Assembly: GCA_046483065.1 (NCBI GenBank)
Contig: JAWODW010000037.1
Location: 71,308-135,307, forward strand
DNA from: Longimicrobiales bacterium
Lineage (GTDB): Bacteria; Gemmatimonadota; Gemmatimonadetes; Longimicrobiales; RSA9
Direction: 5' to 3'
Length of the DNA: 64,000 bases
This document shows, in pieces, positions 35,575 to 43,141 of the stretch (within the stretch, counting starts at the first letter, position 1; each line of letters starts with the position of its first letter). The notes beneath the pieces are model-generated. The model was not told the origin of the DNA, did not search any database, and was given only the letters and a program-made list of their open reading frames with translations. The position numbers and the translations under genes are program-made.

Positions 35575-35991
35575 TCAGCCGCGTGGAGCCGCGGCCTCCT
35601 GGGCGTACCCGCGGATCTGCCGGACCATGGAGGCGAGGCCGTTGGCGCGTGACGGCGAGAGGTGGGCCTGGAGCCCGGTGCCCTCGAGGAAGAACAGCTC
35701 CGTCTCCAGGATCTCTTCCGGCGTGCGGCCGTCGAGGACCCGCAGCAGGAGCGCGATGATGCCGCGGGTGATCACGGCCTCGCTGTCCGCCGAAAGGCGC
35801 AGGCGGCCGTCCTCGAGCTCCGCCCGGATCCACACCCGGGACTGGCACCCGGGGACGGCGTAGGCCTCGTCCCGGATCGAGGCGTCCGCCCCGTCCAGCC
35901 GTTTCCCGAGGTCCACCAGGTACTCGTACTTGTCCAGCGGATCGTCGAGCCCCGACATCGCCTCCACGATCTCCTTCTGGACGGCGGCCAT
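35575..35991 (-). CDS. sufE: SufE-family sulfur acceptor protein
   Basis: ATG at 35991 (MAAVQKEIVEAMSGLDDPLDKYEYLVDLG). Conserved Cys loop VPGCQSRVW. An alternative GTG at 36027 would overlap the upstream stop (GTGA). Confidence 0.8.
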   Translation of the reverse strand: MAAVQKEIVEAMSGLDDPLDKYEYLVDLGKRLDGADASIRDEAYAVPGCQSRVWIRAELEDGRLRLSADSEAVITRGIIALLLRVLDGRTPEEILETELFFLEGTGLQAHLSPSRANGLASMVRQIRGYAQEAAAPRG

Positions 35992-36023
35992 GGATGAGGC
36001 GGCGCCGTTCACGCTGGGCTCAC

Positions 36024-37343
36024 TCACGGGACCCGTGCGGCGGACGGGGTCTGGTCCGCGGGCTCGCCCGTCTCCACGGGGTTCGCCGGGTCGCTGCTCC
36101 ACTCGAACCAGCCGCCGTCGAACACGGCCGCCCGGGGCCAGCCGAGCAGCCACGCGTTGAAGAACGCCTCGCTGCCCCGCCAGCCCGTGCCGCAGTAGAA
36201 GGCGTTCCGCTTCTCCGGCGTCACACCCACGCTCCGCCACGACGCGGCCACCTCCCCGTACTCGCGGGTGGTGTGATCCAGGTTCCGGTAGTTCTCCATG
36301 TGGTACGCGTCACTGCCGCAGTTGCCGAACACCGAGCCGGGGATCCGCCCGGTCTTCTCGATGTAGTTGTACCCGCTCACCTCGCCGATGTACTCGGGCC
36401 AGCTCCGGACGCTCACCAGGTTGCCGTCCTCCGACGCCAGGAGCTCCCGGGCCCCGGGCACGTCCACGGCCAGCTCCGGTGCGCCCGGGACCTCGATGCC
36501 GAACTCGGCGGCCGGCACGGGCACCTCCTCCTCGGTGCTCGTGGCGAGCCCGGCGTCGAGCCACGACTGGAGCCCCCCGTTCAAGACCTTCACGTCCTTC
36601 ACGCCCGCCCACAGCATGATGAACGCGCAGCGGAACGCCGCCAGCTGACCCGCGCTGCTGCCGGGGAACGGGTCGCTGTTGTCCGGGAAGGAGAACCGAC
36701 CGTACAGCACCACCGTGGTGTCCGCCGTGATCCCCAGCGCCAGCAGCGCGTCCCGCACCTCCGCCGGTGACCGCCGGTTCCACGTCTCCGGCGACTCCAG
36801 CAGCGTGGTCTCGAGGCTCACCGCGCCGGGGATGTGGCCCGCGGCGTAGTCGTCGTGGTTCCGGTAATGCGCATGGCACACCACCACCTCGCCGCCGGTG
36901 TGCTCCGGGGCCCGGCCATCGGTGAGGAGACCGTCCAGCCACTCCGGCGGGACCAGGTGGGTGTAGCGGGGCAGCCGGTCCAGCGGCAGCGCCTCGTCCG
37001 TGCACCACTCGTCGTCGAGCCCGTGATAGACCTGCACGTCCTCGTACCCCGCCCGGCGGAACTGACTCGCCACATCCTCCGTCTCGCCCTCGTCGTGTCC
37101 GTAGACCACCACCGGGTCCCCGGGACGGAGCCCCTTCTCCCGCACGATCTCGATCCAGTCCAGGTAGCCGCTCCACTTGAACGGCAGCGCCCGGGCGCCC
37201 GGGAGGTGTCCGCCCCGGGGCTCGCCCCGGAGCCGCCAGCCGTTGTAGGCGTGCATGGGCCGCACGTCCACCAGCTGCGTGCGCGGGTCCTCCAGTCGAT
37301 GGCGCAGCTCGGACGTGCTGATCTGATCGGGTACCTGATCCAC
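36024..37343 (-). CDS. multi-rhodanese-domain sulfurtransferase (three rhodanese repeats)
   Basis: GTG at 37343 lies 7 nt after GGAGGA. The upstream part of track ORF 36024..38213 overlaps the flavoprotein gene and is rejected. Active-site loop FYCGTGWRGSE in the last repeat. Confidence 0.75.
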   Translation of the reverse strand: MDQVPDQISTSELRHRLEDPRTQLVDVRPMHAYNGWRLRGEPRGGHLPGARALPFKWSGYLDWIEIVREKGLRPGDPVVVYGHDEGETEDVASQFRRAGYEDVQVYHGLDDEWCTDEALPLDRLPRYTHLVPPEWLDGLLTDGRAPEHTGGEVVVCHAHYRNHDDYAAGHIPGAVSLETTLLESPETWNRRSPAEVRDALLALGITADTTVVLYGRFSFPDNSDPFPGSSAGQLAAFRCAFIMLWAGVKDVKVLNGGLQSWLDAGLATSTEEEVPVPAAEFGIEVPGAPELAVDVPGARELLASEDGNLVSVRSWPEYIGEVSGYNYIEKTGRIPGSVFGNCGSDAYHMENYRNLDHTTREYGEVAASWRSVGVTPEKRNAFYCGTGWRGSEAFFNAWLLGWPRAAVFDGGWFEWSSDPANPVETGEPADQTPSAARVP

Positions 37344-37429
37344 GAAGCGTTCCTCCGGGTCCGATGAAGAGTCGAAAACGTACGGGCCGCGGTACGGCGT
37401 TGCGAATTCCGGGCCGTACCGCGGCGTCG

Positions 37430-38179
37430 TCAGCGGTACTCGGGGTTCGGGTGGTCGAACCGGCACCCGGCGTCCCACTCCGACCGCTGGTTGCCGTGGG
37501 CCGGCACGCCGCCCCGGTCCTTGAGCAGCCGGGCCAGGTGCAGGAGGTTCCACGTCATGAACGTGGTGTTCCGCTGAGTGAACTCGTTCTCCACGCCGCC
37601 GGAGCCCTCGTCCAGGTAGCTCGGCCCCGGCCCCGCCTCCCCGATCCAGCCGGCGTCGGCCTGGGGCGGGATGGTGTAGCCCAGGTGCTGGAGCGAGTAC
37701 AGGATGTTCATGGCGCAGTGCTTGACCCCGTCCTCGTTGCCGGTGACGATGCACCCGCCCACCCGGCCGTAGTAGGCGTACTGCCCCTTCTCGTTCAGGT
37801 CGCCGGAGCCGCCGTACAGCCGCTCGATCACCCGCGTGCACACCGACGACTTCTCGCCCAGCCAGATCGGCGTGCCCAGCACCAGGATATCCGCCGCCAT
37901 CACCTTCTCCTGGATGGCCGGCCACGCGTCCTGGTCCCAGCCGTGCTCCGTCATGTCCGGGTACACGCCGCTGGCGATCTCGTGGTCCACGGCCCGGATG
38001 ACCTCCGTGGCCACGCCCTGCTTCTCCATGATCGCCCGGGAGACGTCCATCAGCCCCCGGGTGTGCGACTGGCGCGGCGTCTTCTTCAGCGTGCAGTTGA
38101 GGAACAGCGCGCGCAGATCCGAGTAGTCCCCGGGACCGGATTCGAGGCCCCGGGACCGATCCGTCTTCGATGATGCCAT
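37430..38179 (-). CDS. flavodoxin-like NAD(P)H-dependent FMN reductase family protein
   Basis: The ATG at 38179 follows GGAGGAG. Pattern LFLNCTLKKTP .. ADILVLGTPIWLGEKSS .. GCIVTGNEDG. Confidence 0.7.
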   Translation of the reverse strand: MASSKTDRSRGLESGPGDYSDLRALFLNCTLKKTPRQSHTRGLMDVSRAIMEKQGVATEVIRAVDHEIASGVYPDMTEHGWDQDAWPAIQEKVMAADILVLGTPIWLGEKSSVCTRVIERLYGGSGDLNEKGQYAYYGRVGGCIVTGNEDGVKHCAMNILYSLQHLGYTIPPQADAGWIGEAGPGPSYLDEGSGGVENEFTQRNTTFMTWNLLHLARLLKDRGGVPAHGNQRSEWDAGCRFDHPNPEYR

Positions 38180-38357
38180 GGTGCTCCTCCGTGGAGATGG
38201 GCCCCGTCCACACCTGTCCCGGCGCGCGCGGGGGCGTCGCGTGATTCTGTGATTATACGGCCTGGCGCCCCGGGGCGTGAAACTCCCCCGGGAACCTGGC
38301 GCTCCATGGATCTGTTGGGTTCTCGAACGCACACCTCACCGGGGGCACCGTGCCCGA

Positions 38358-38386
38358 TTGGGTGTTTCCTTCTGACATGCTATAAT
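38358..38386 (+). promoter_or_regulatory. sigma70-like promoter TTGGGT-17-TATAAT ending 6 nt before the ATG (leaderless transcript suggested)
   Basis: A perfect TATAAT at 38381-38386 in a ~70% GC context. The ATG is at 38393. Confidence 0.45.
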
Positions 38387-38392
38387 CCGTCC

Positions 38393-39007
38393 ATGCGACG
38401 ACGAGATCCGACCCGCCTGCTCCTCTCCGGCCTCGTCCTGGCCGCCGCGTTCACGGCGGCGTGCGACGCGCCGAGCCCGGAGCTCGGCCCCGCCGACGGC
38501 GCAGACCTGCCCCCCATCGACACCGGCCGCGTGGCCGTGGGCGATACGGCACCCGACTTCACCCTCGAAGACCGCCACGGTGAGCCCGTCACCCTCTCGG
38601 AGCTCCGGGAACGACGCATCGTCCTGGTCTTCTACCGGGGCCACTGGTGACCGTACTGCGCCGCTCAGCTCGGCGAGCTGAAAGACCTCCTGACCGAAGC
38701 ACAGCGGGAGTCCACCCGCATCGTGGCCGTCTCCATCGATGGCCCGGAGCAAATCGAGCAGATGCGCCGGCGAGTGGCCGATGAGCAGGACACCGCGCCA
38801 CCCGACTACCTGTTCCTCTCGGATCCCGGGCACCGGGTCATCGACCGGTACGGGCTCCGGAACCCTGACGATCCGCGGGGTATCCCCCACCCCACCACGT
38901 TCGTCCTCGACCGCGACGGCGTGGTCCGCTGGAAGTTCGTGGAGACCGACTACCGCGTGCGTCCCACCAACGAGATGATCCTGGACGCCCTCGGGAAACT
39001 GGAATAG
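38393..39007 (+). CDS. peroxiredoxin-like (AhpC/TSA redoxin) lipoprotein with in-frame TGA at the catalytic Cys position (candidate selenocysteine, U-x-x-C)
   Basis: Track ORFs 38249..38650 and 38723..39007 share one frame, and the only stop between them is TGA at 38648-38650. Joined, they read VLVFYRGHW-TGA-PYCAAQLGELKDL. Lipobox AAFTAAC. Confidence 0.6.
38665..38681 (+). other. SECIS-like hairpin downstream of the in-frame TGA
   Basis: tcagctc-ggc-gagctga forms a 7-bp perfect stem with an apical loop containing GG. The loop starts 24 nt from the U of UGA. Confidence 0.4.
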
Positions 39008-39070
39008 TTCTTCCAGCCCCACGGCCGAGCACTCACAAACTCTCATCCGAACACAGCACGAGCCCCTGTC

Positions 39071-40033
39071 ATGCCACGTTTTGATTCCATCCTGGACGTC
39101 GTTGGACGAACCCCCGTCGTACGCCTGAACCAGGCGGCCGCCGAGCTGCCCTGTGAGGTCTGGGCCAAGTGCGAGTTCCTGAACCCCGGCGGCTCCCTCA
39201 AGGACCGGATCAGCGTGCGGATGGTGATCGAGGCGGAGAAGGCCGGCCGGATCAAGCCCGGCGACACGCTCATCGAGCCTACGTCCGGCAACACCGGCAT
39301 CGGGCTGGCCATGGCCGGCGCCGTGCGCGGCTACCGGGTGATCATCGTCATGCCGGAGAAGATGAGCGAGGAGAAGGAGTCTGTGCTGCGGGCGCTGGGC
39401 GCCGAGATCGTGCGCACGCCCACCGAGGCCGCCTGGGACGACCCCGAGAGCCATATCCAGGTGGCCAAGCGGATGGCCGAAGAGATCCCCGACGCGTACC
39501 TCCCCGACCAGTACACCAACCCCGACAACCCGGATGCCCACTACCACGGCACGGCGGAGGAGATCCTGGCCGACTTCGGCACCGACCTGGACATGGTGGT
39601 CATCGGCGTCGGCACCGGCGGGACCATCACGGGCGTGGCCCGGCGGCTCAAGGAGGAGATCCCCGACCTCATCGTGGTGGGGGCCGACCCCTACGGCTCG
39701 ATCCTGGGCGGCGGCGAGGAGGTCTACTCGTACCGGGTGGAGGGGATCGGCTACGACTTCGTCCCCGACGTCCTCGACAACGAGCTGGTCGATCGCTACG
39801 TCAAGGTCGACGACGAGGAGTCGTTCCGCCTGGCCCGCCGCCTGATCCGCGACGAAGGACTCCTCGTGGGCGGGTCCTCCGGCGCCGTCCTCGCCGCTAC
39901 CCTCGACGCGGCCGCCGAGCTCGAGCCGGGCCAGAAGTGCCTGGCCATCCTCCCCGACTCCGTCCGCAACTACATGAGCAAGTTCCTCCTTGACGAGTGG
40001 ATGGAGGAGCACGGCTTCCCCCTGCCGGAGTAG
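39071..40033 (+). CDS. cystathionine beta-synthase-like / cysteine synthase family PLP enzyme (catalytic core only)
   Basis: KCEFLNPGGSLKDRISVRM, EPTSGNTGIGLA, GVGTGGTITG, VEGIGYDFVPDVL, LPDSVRNYMSKFL. From memory it is collinear with the catalytic core of eukaryotic-type CBS. Confidence 0.8.
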   Translation: MPRFDSILDVVGRTPVVRLNQAAAELPCEVWAKCEFLNPGGSLKDRISVRMVIEAEKAGRIKPGDTLIEPTSGNTGIGLAMAGAVRGYRVIIVMPEKMSEEKESVLRALGAEIVRTPTEAAWDDPESHIQVAKRMAEEIPDAYLPDQYTNPDNPDAHYHGTAEEILADFGTDLDMVVIGVGTGGTITGVARRLKEEIPDLIVVGADPYGSILGGGEEVYSYRVEGIGYDFVPDVLDNELVDRYVKVDDEESFRLARRLIRDEGLLVGGSSGAVLAATLDAAAELEPGQKCLAILPDSVRNYMSKFLLDEWMEEHGFPLPE

Positions 40034-40179
40034 TCACGCCGACGGCAGCCGCCCGCCGGCGGCACAGAGCAGCCGGGCCCGTTGCAACCCTTTCCGGCCC
40101 TCCACTGTCTAATCGAGTGTAGGACGGCCGGGGTAGTGGCGCGCCGGCCGCGTTCTCTGAACCCGCAGCGGAGGGCCCG

Positions 40180-41313
40180 ATGCAGCACCTGGTGCGCACG
40201 ACGGCCGTGACGGTCATACTTCTCTTCATTTCCCTGCCCGCCCTCGCCCAGTCGTCGGCCGATGGAGCACACTCGTTCACCCTTGAGGACCGGCTGAGCG
40301 TACAGGCGCCTCTGCCGCTCTTCACCGCCTGGGCCTGGGTGACCGTGGCCGATTCGGCCGGGGACCACACGTACAACTGGACGCCCGTGAAGCGCCAGGT
40401 CAAAGACCGGCTCCTGGAGCGGCTGCCGCCGGCCTACCTCGACACCCTGCGCGCGGCGTACCAGGCTATCGACCCCGATGGCTACCACATGACCGTGCTG
40501 GCCCTCCAGCTCACACCGCCACCCAACATGCGCCTGGACCTCGAGGCGGCGCGAGAGCGGGCCCGCGCCCAGGAGGCGGAGTCGACGCTCCAGTACCTGG
40601 ACGCCATCGAGGAGCGGGCGGCCGAACTCGTGCCGCTCCTGAACCAGTTCTACCATCGCGCCGACATCGCCGGCCTCCGCCACGAGGTCTCGCCGACCTA
40701 CCGGGCGGCCATCGGGATCTACAAGGCCGGGACCATTGCGGCAGTCCGGGAAGCCCTCGACTACCTCCGGCTCCCCGAGAGCTCGCTCTCGCAGATGGAC
40801 CGCGTGGTCATCGTTCCCTGCCTCATCGGGATGCTCGGCTCGGCCATGGCGCCCCCGCTGGGCGGCGTCACCTACAACGTGGAGTTCCCCACCCAGCCCG
40901 TGGACAGCATCCGGTTCCACGCCCACGAGTACATTCACTTCATGGTGGGCGACCTCACCCGGGGCGACGAACACAGGGAGCAGATCGAGCGCATCACCGC
41001 GCAGGTCTGGGACGACTCCGCGGCAACCAACGCACGGAAGTACTACCCCGACCCCGTCCACTACTTCGACGAGAACCTGGTCCGCATGTTGACCGGCGTG
41101 GTGCTCTACGGCGGGGTGGACACCGAGAAGACCGCCCGGTCCCTGGAGTACCAGCACGGGCGAGGATTCCTGCTGGTGCCCGCCATGGCCGACGCGCTCC
41201 GACCGTTCGAGGAGGGCGAGATGACCTTCACCGAGTACTTCCCCACCCTCCTGGATCGGCTGGAGACGAGCATCACTCAACGCGTCCAGTCGGGCGAACA
41301 CGACGGGCACTGA
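40180..41313 (+). CDS. hypothetical secreted protein with an HExxH motif
   Basis: Signal peptide (VILLFISLPALAQS). HEYIH within FHAHEYIHFMVGD. Confidence 0.55.
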   Translation: MQHLVRTTAVTVILLFISLPALAQSSADGAHSFTLEDRLSVQAPLPLFTAWAWVTVADSAGDHTYNWTPVKRQVKDRLLERLPPAYLDTLRAAYQAIDPDGYHMTVLALQLTPPPNMRLDLEAARERARAQEAESTLQYLDAIEERAAELVPLLNQFYHRADIAGLRHEVSPTYRAAIGIYKAGTIAAVREALDYLRLPESSLSQMDRVVIVPCLIGMLGSAMAPPLGGVTYNVEFPTQPVDSIRFHAHEYIHFMVGDLTRGDEHREQIERITAQVWDDSAATNARKYYPDPVHYFDENLVRMLTGVVLYGGVDTEKTARSLEYQHGRGFLLVPAMADALRPFEEGEMTFTEYFPTLLDRLETSITQRVQSGEHDGH

Positions 41314-41349
41314 TCCATCGGGCCGGAACGCCCCGACCCTCCCGGGGAG

Positions 41350-42525
41350 CTACCGGCGCGCCGTCGCCACCTTGCGCCCCTCGGCCGCAGCCGGCGGGCG
41401 GACCTGCCGCCCGGACCGCCGCGCGCAGACCGCCGTGGGCGTGGCCGCCACCAGGATCAGCGTCATGATGATCGCGGAATTGATGCACCACATGCACGTG
41501 GCACCGATGACGAACGGCTCCAGGAACGTCAGGTAGATGGAGAAGGCGACCCCGACCACAGCCATGCCCCAGACCGCGAGCGCCGTCCGGCCCCGGTCGA
41601 GCCATCCTGCCCGACCGGCCACCCAGAGCCCCCCGAGCAGCAGGTACCCCGCCAGGCCCAGCACACCCACCGACACGCCGGCAATGGACGCGTACGGACT
41701 GAGCTGCACCCGGTTGCAGTCGCCCACCGGACCGCAGACCGCCTCCGATCCCGTCACCTCCACGAACGCCAGATAGGCCGCGATGCCGGCACCCGCCGTC
41801 GCCAGCACCGGGATCGCCCACGCAGGCCACTCGGCCGGCAGCCGGCGAGGCCGGACCAGCGTCCGCACGGCCAGCACCAGCACCAGCGCCATGCCGATCA
41901 GCACGACCACCGCAATGGCGTTGCCCGCCGGGTCCCGCATGAAACGCTCCGAGAGGGAGCTCTGCCCTGAATCACCGCCGGCGCCGAGTACGTGAACCGC
42001 CGGGGCGGCCCCCGCTCCACCATCCCCCGCCAGCATCCACCCCTCGATCTCCACCGCGGGGCCTTCCGCGATCCCCTGCACGGACAGGTACGCCCGGATC
42101 GCGCGGATCGGTGGCCAGTCCACTCCGGCCCCGTCCAGCCCCTCCGCCACGATGTCCGGCAGCTGTGACGGGATCTCCCAGGAACCCACAAGGACCCGGT
42201 CACCCACCACCAGCGCCGGCACGCCCAGCCGCTCCCGGGGCAGCTGGAAATGCTCCGCCACGGCCCGGTACAGCGTCTGACCCTGACGCGTGTCCACGTT
42301 CACCGCCACGATCCGCAGCGCCTCACCGTATCGCTCCAGCAGCGGAGGGAGGTGGTCCTCCATCACGTCATGACAGTGTGGGCACTCGGGCGAATAGAAC
42401 AGCACCGCCCGCACCTGGACCTCAGGGCCCTGCGCCACGTCCACCGACACGGCCGGACCGGGGGGCGCGGGGGCCACCGCCCCGAGTAGCGCCACCGTCA
42501 GCAGCTGCCACGCTCCGTACATCAC
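41350..42525 (-). CDS. thioredoxin-like domain fused N-terminally to a VKOR membrane domain (paralog of 15071..16594)
   Basis: FYSPECPHC, then VCGPVGDC and TCMWC. Collinear with the other copy but with a short linker. Confidence 0.8.
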   Translation of the reverse strand: MMYGAWQLLTVALLGAVAPAPPGPAVSVDVAQGPEVQVRAVLFYSPECPHCHDVMEDHLPPLLERYGEALRIVAVNVDTRQGQTLYRAVAEHFQLPRERLGVPALVVGDRVLVGSWEIPSQLPDIVAEGLDGAGVDWPPIRAIRAYLSVQGIAEGPAVEIEGWMLAGDGGAGAAPAVHVLGAGGDSGQSSLSERFMRDPAGNAIAVVVLIGMALVLVLAVRTLVRPRRLPAEWPAWAIPVLATAGAGIAAYLAFVEVTGSEAVCGPVGDCNRVQLSPYASIAGVSVGVLGLAGYLLLGGLWVAGRAGWLDRGRTALAVWGMAVVGVAFSIYLTFLEPFVIGATCMWCINSAIIMTLILVAATPTAVCARRSGRQVRPPAAAEGRKVATARR

Positions 42526-42708
42526 CCCTCCCTAACCGAGTCTGCCGTCGTTTTCTTGCCGGGCGTTACTATACTCGCTTGTCCGCGTGCATTCAAGGAC
42601 CCAATCCGGAAATGCGACAATACATACCGGTTTCACCCGGGCACCCAGCGGAAATGCACCGACGAGCGATGCGGTCGGCCCGCCCTGCACACCCCCACCC
42701 TTCGCCCC

Positions 42709-42737
42709 TTGACTGCCCCCGATCCGCGCATTAAAAT
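42709..42737 (+). promoter_or_regulatory. sigma70-like promoter TTGACT-17-TAAAAT upstream of the arsR-permease-Trx module
   Basis: Read directly from sequence. About 27 nt upstream of the GTG/ATG start region. Confidence 0.45.
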
Positions 42738-42763
42738 CGTCTACCCGGGTATATAGAAAAGGG

Positions 42764-43141
42764 GTGGACATGGACGACTTGGGCCGGATCTTCAAGGCGC
42801 TCTCCGATGAGACGCGGCTCACCATCATGGGGCTGATCTTCGAGCACGGGTGCCTGTGCGTGTGCGAGGTTGAGCAGATCCTGGGGATCACCCAGTCGAA
42901 GGCGTCGCGGCACCTGCGCTACCTGCGGGACGCGGGCGTGCTGCAGGACGAGCGCGACGGCGTGACAGTGAACTACCGCGTGCCCCGGGATGCGGGCCCG
43001 GAGCTGTCTGCCATCCTGATGCTGCTGCGGGGGCTGCTGGCCGGCCGCCCCATCCCGGACGCCCGGCAGGCGCTGGTCCAGATCCGGGCGGCCAGGGCCG
43101 AAGGTCGCCCGGCCGACTCCGTGGAGCCGGTAATGGCGTGA
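42764..43141 (+). CDS. arsR: ArsR-family metalloid-responsive repressor
   Basis: HTH with a CVC site (EHGCLCVCEVEQILG). GTG at 42764 or ATG at 42770. Confidence 0.85.
   Translation: MDMDDLGRIFKALSDETRLTIMGLIFEHGCLCVCEVEQILGITQSKASRHLRYLRDAGVLQDERDGVTVNYRVPRDAGPELSAILMLLRGLLAGRPIPDARQALVQIRAARAEGRPADSVEPVMA

Noticed and set aside
37344-38213. Upstream half of track ORF 36024..38213
   Set aside because: It overlaps the flavoprotein gene in another frame and is Gly/Arg/His/Pro-rich. The rhodanese gene has a GTG with a GGAGGA SD at 37343.
38336-41310. Minus-strand ORFs 38336..40012 (558 aa) and 39970..41310 (446 aa)
   Set aside because: They are antisense to the Prx-like, CBS-like and HExxH genes and have biased composition.
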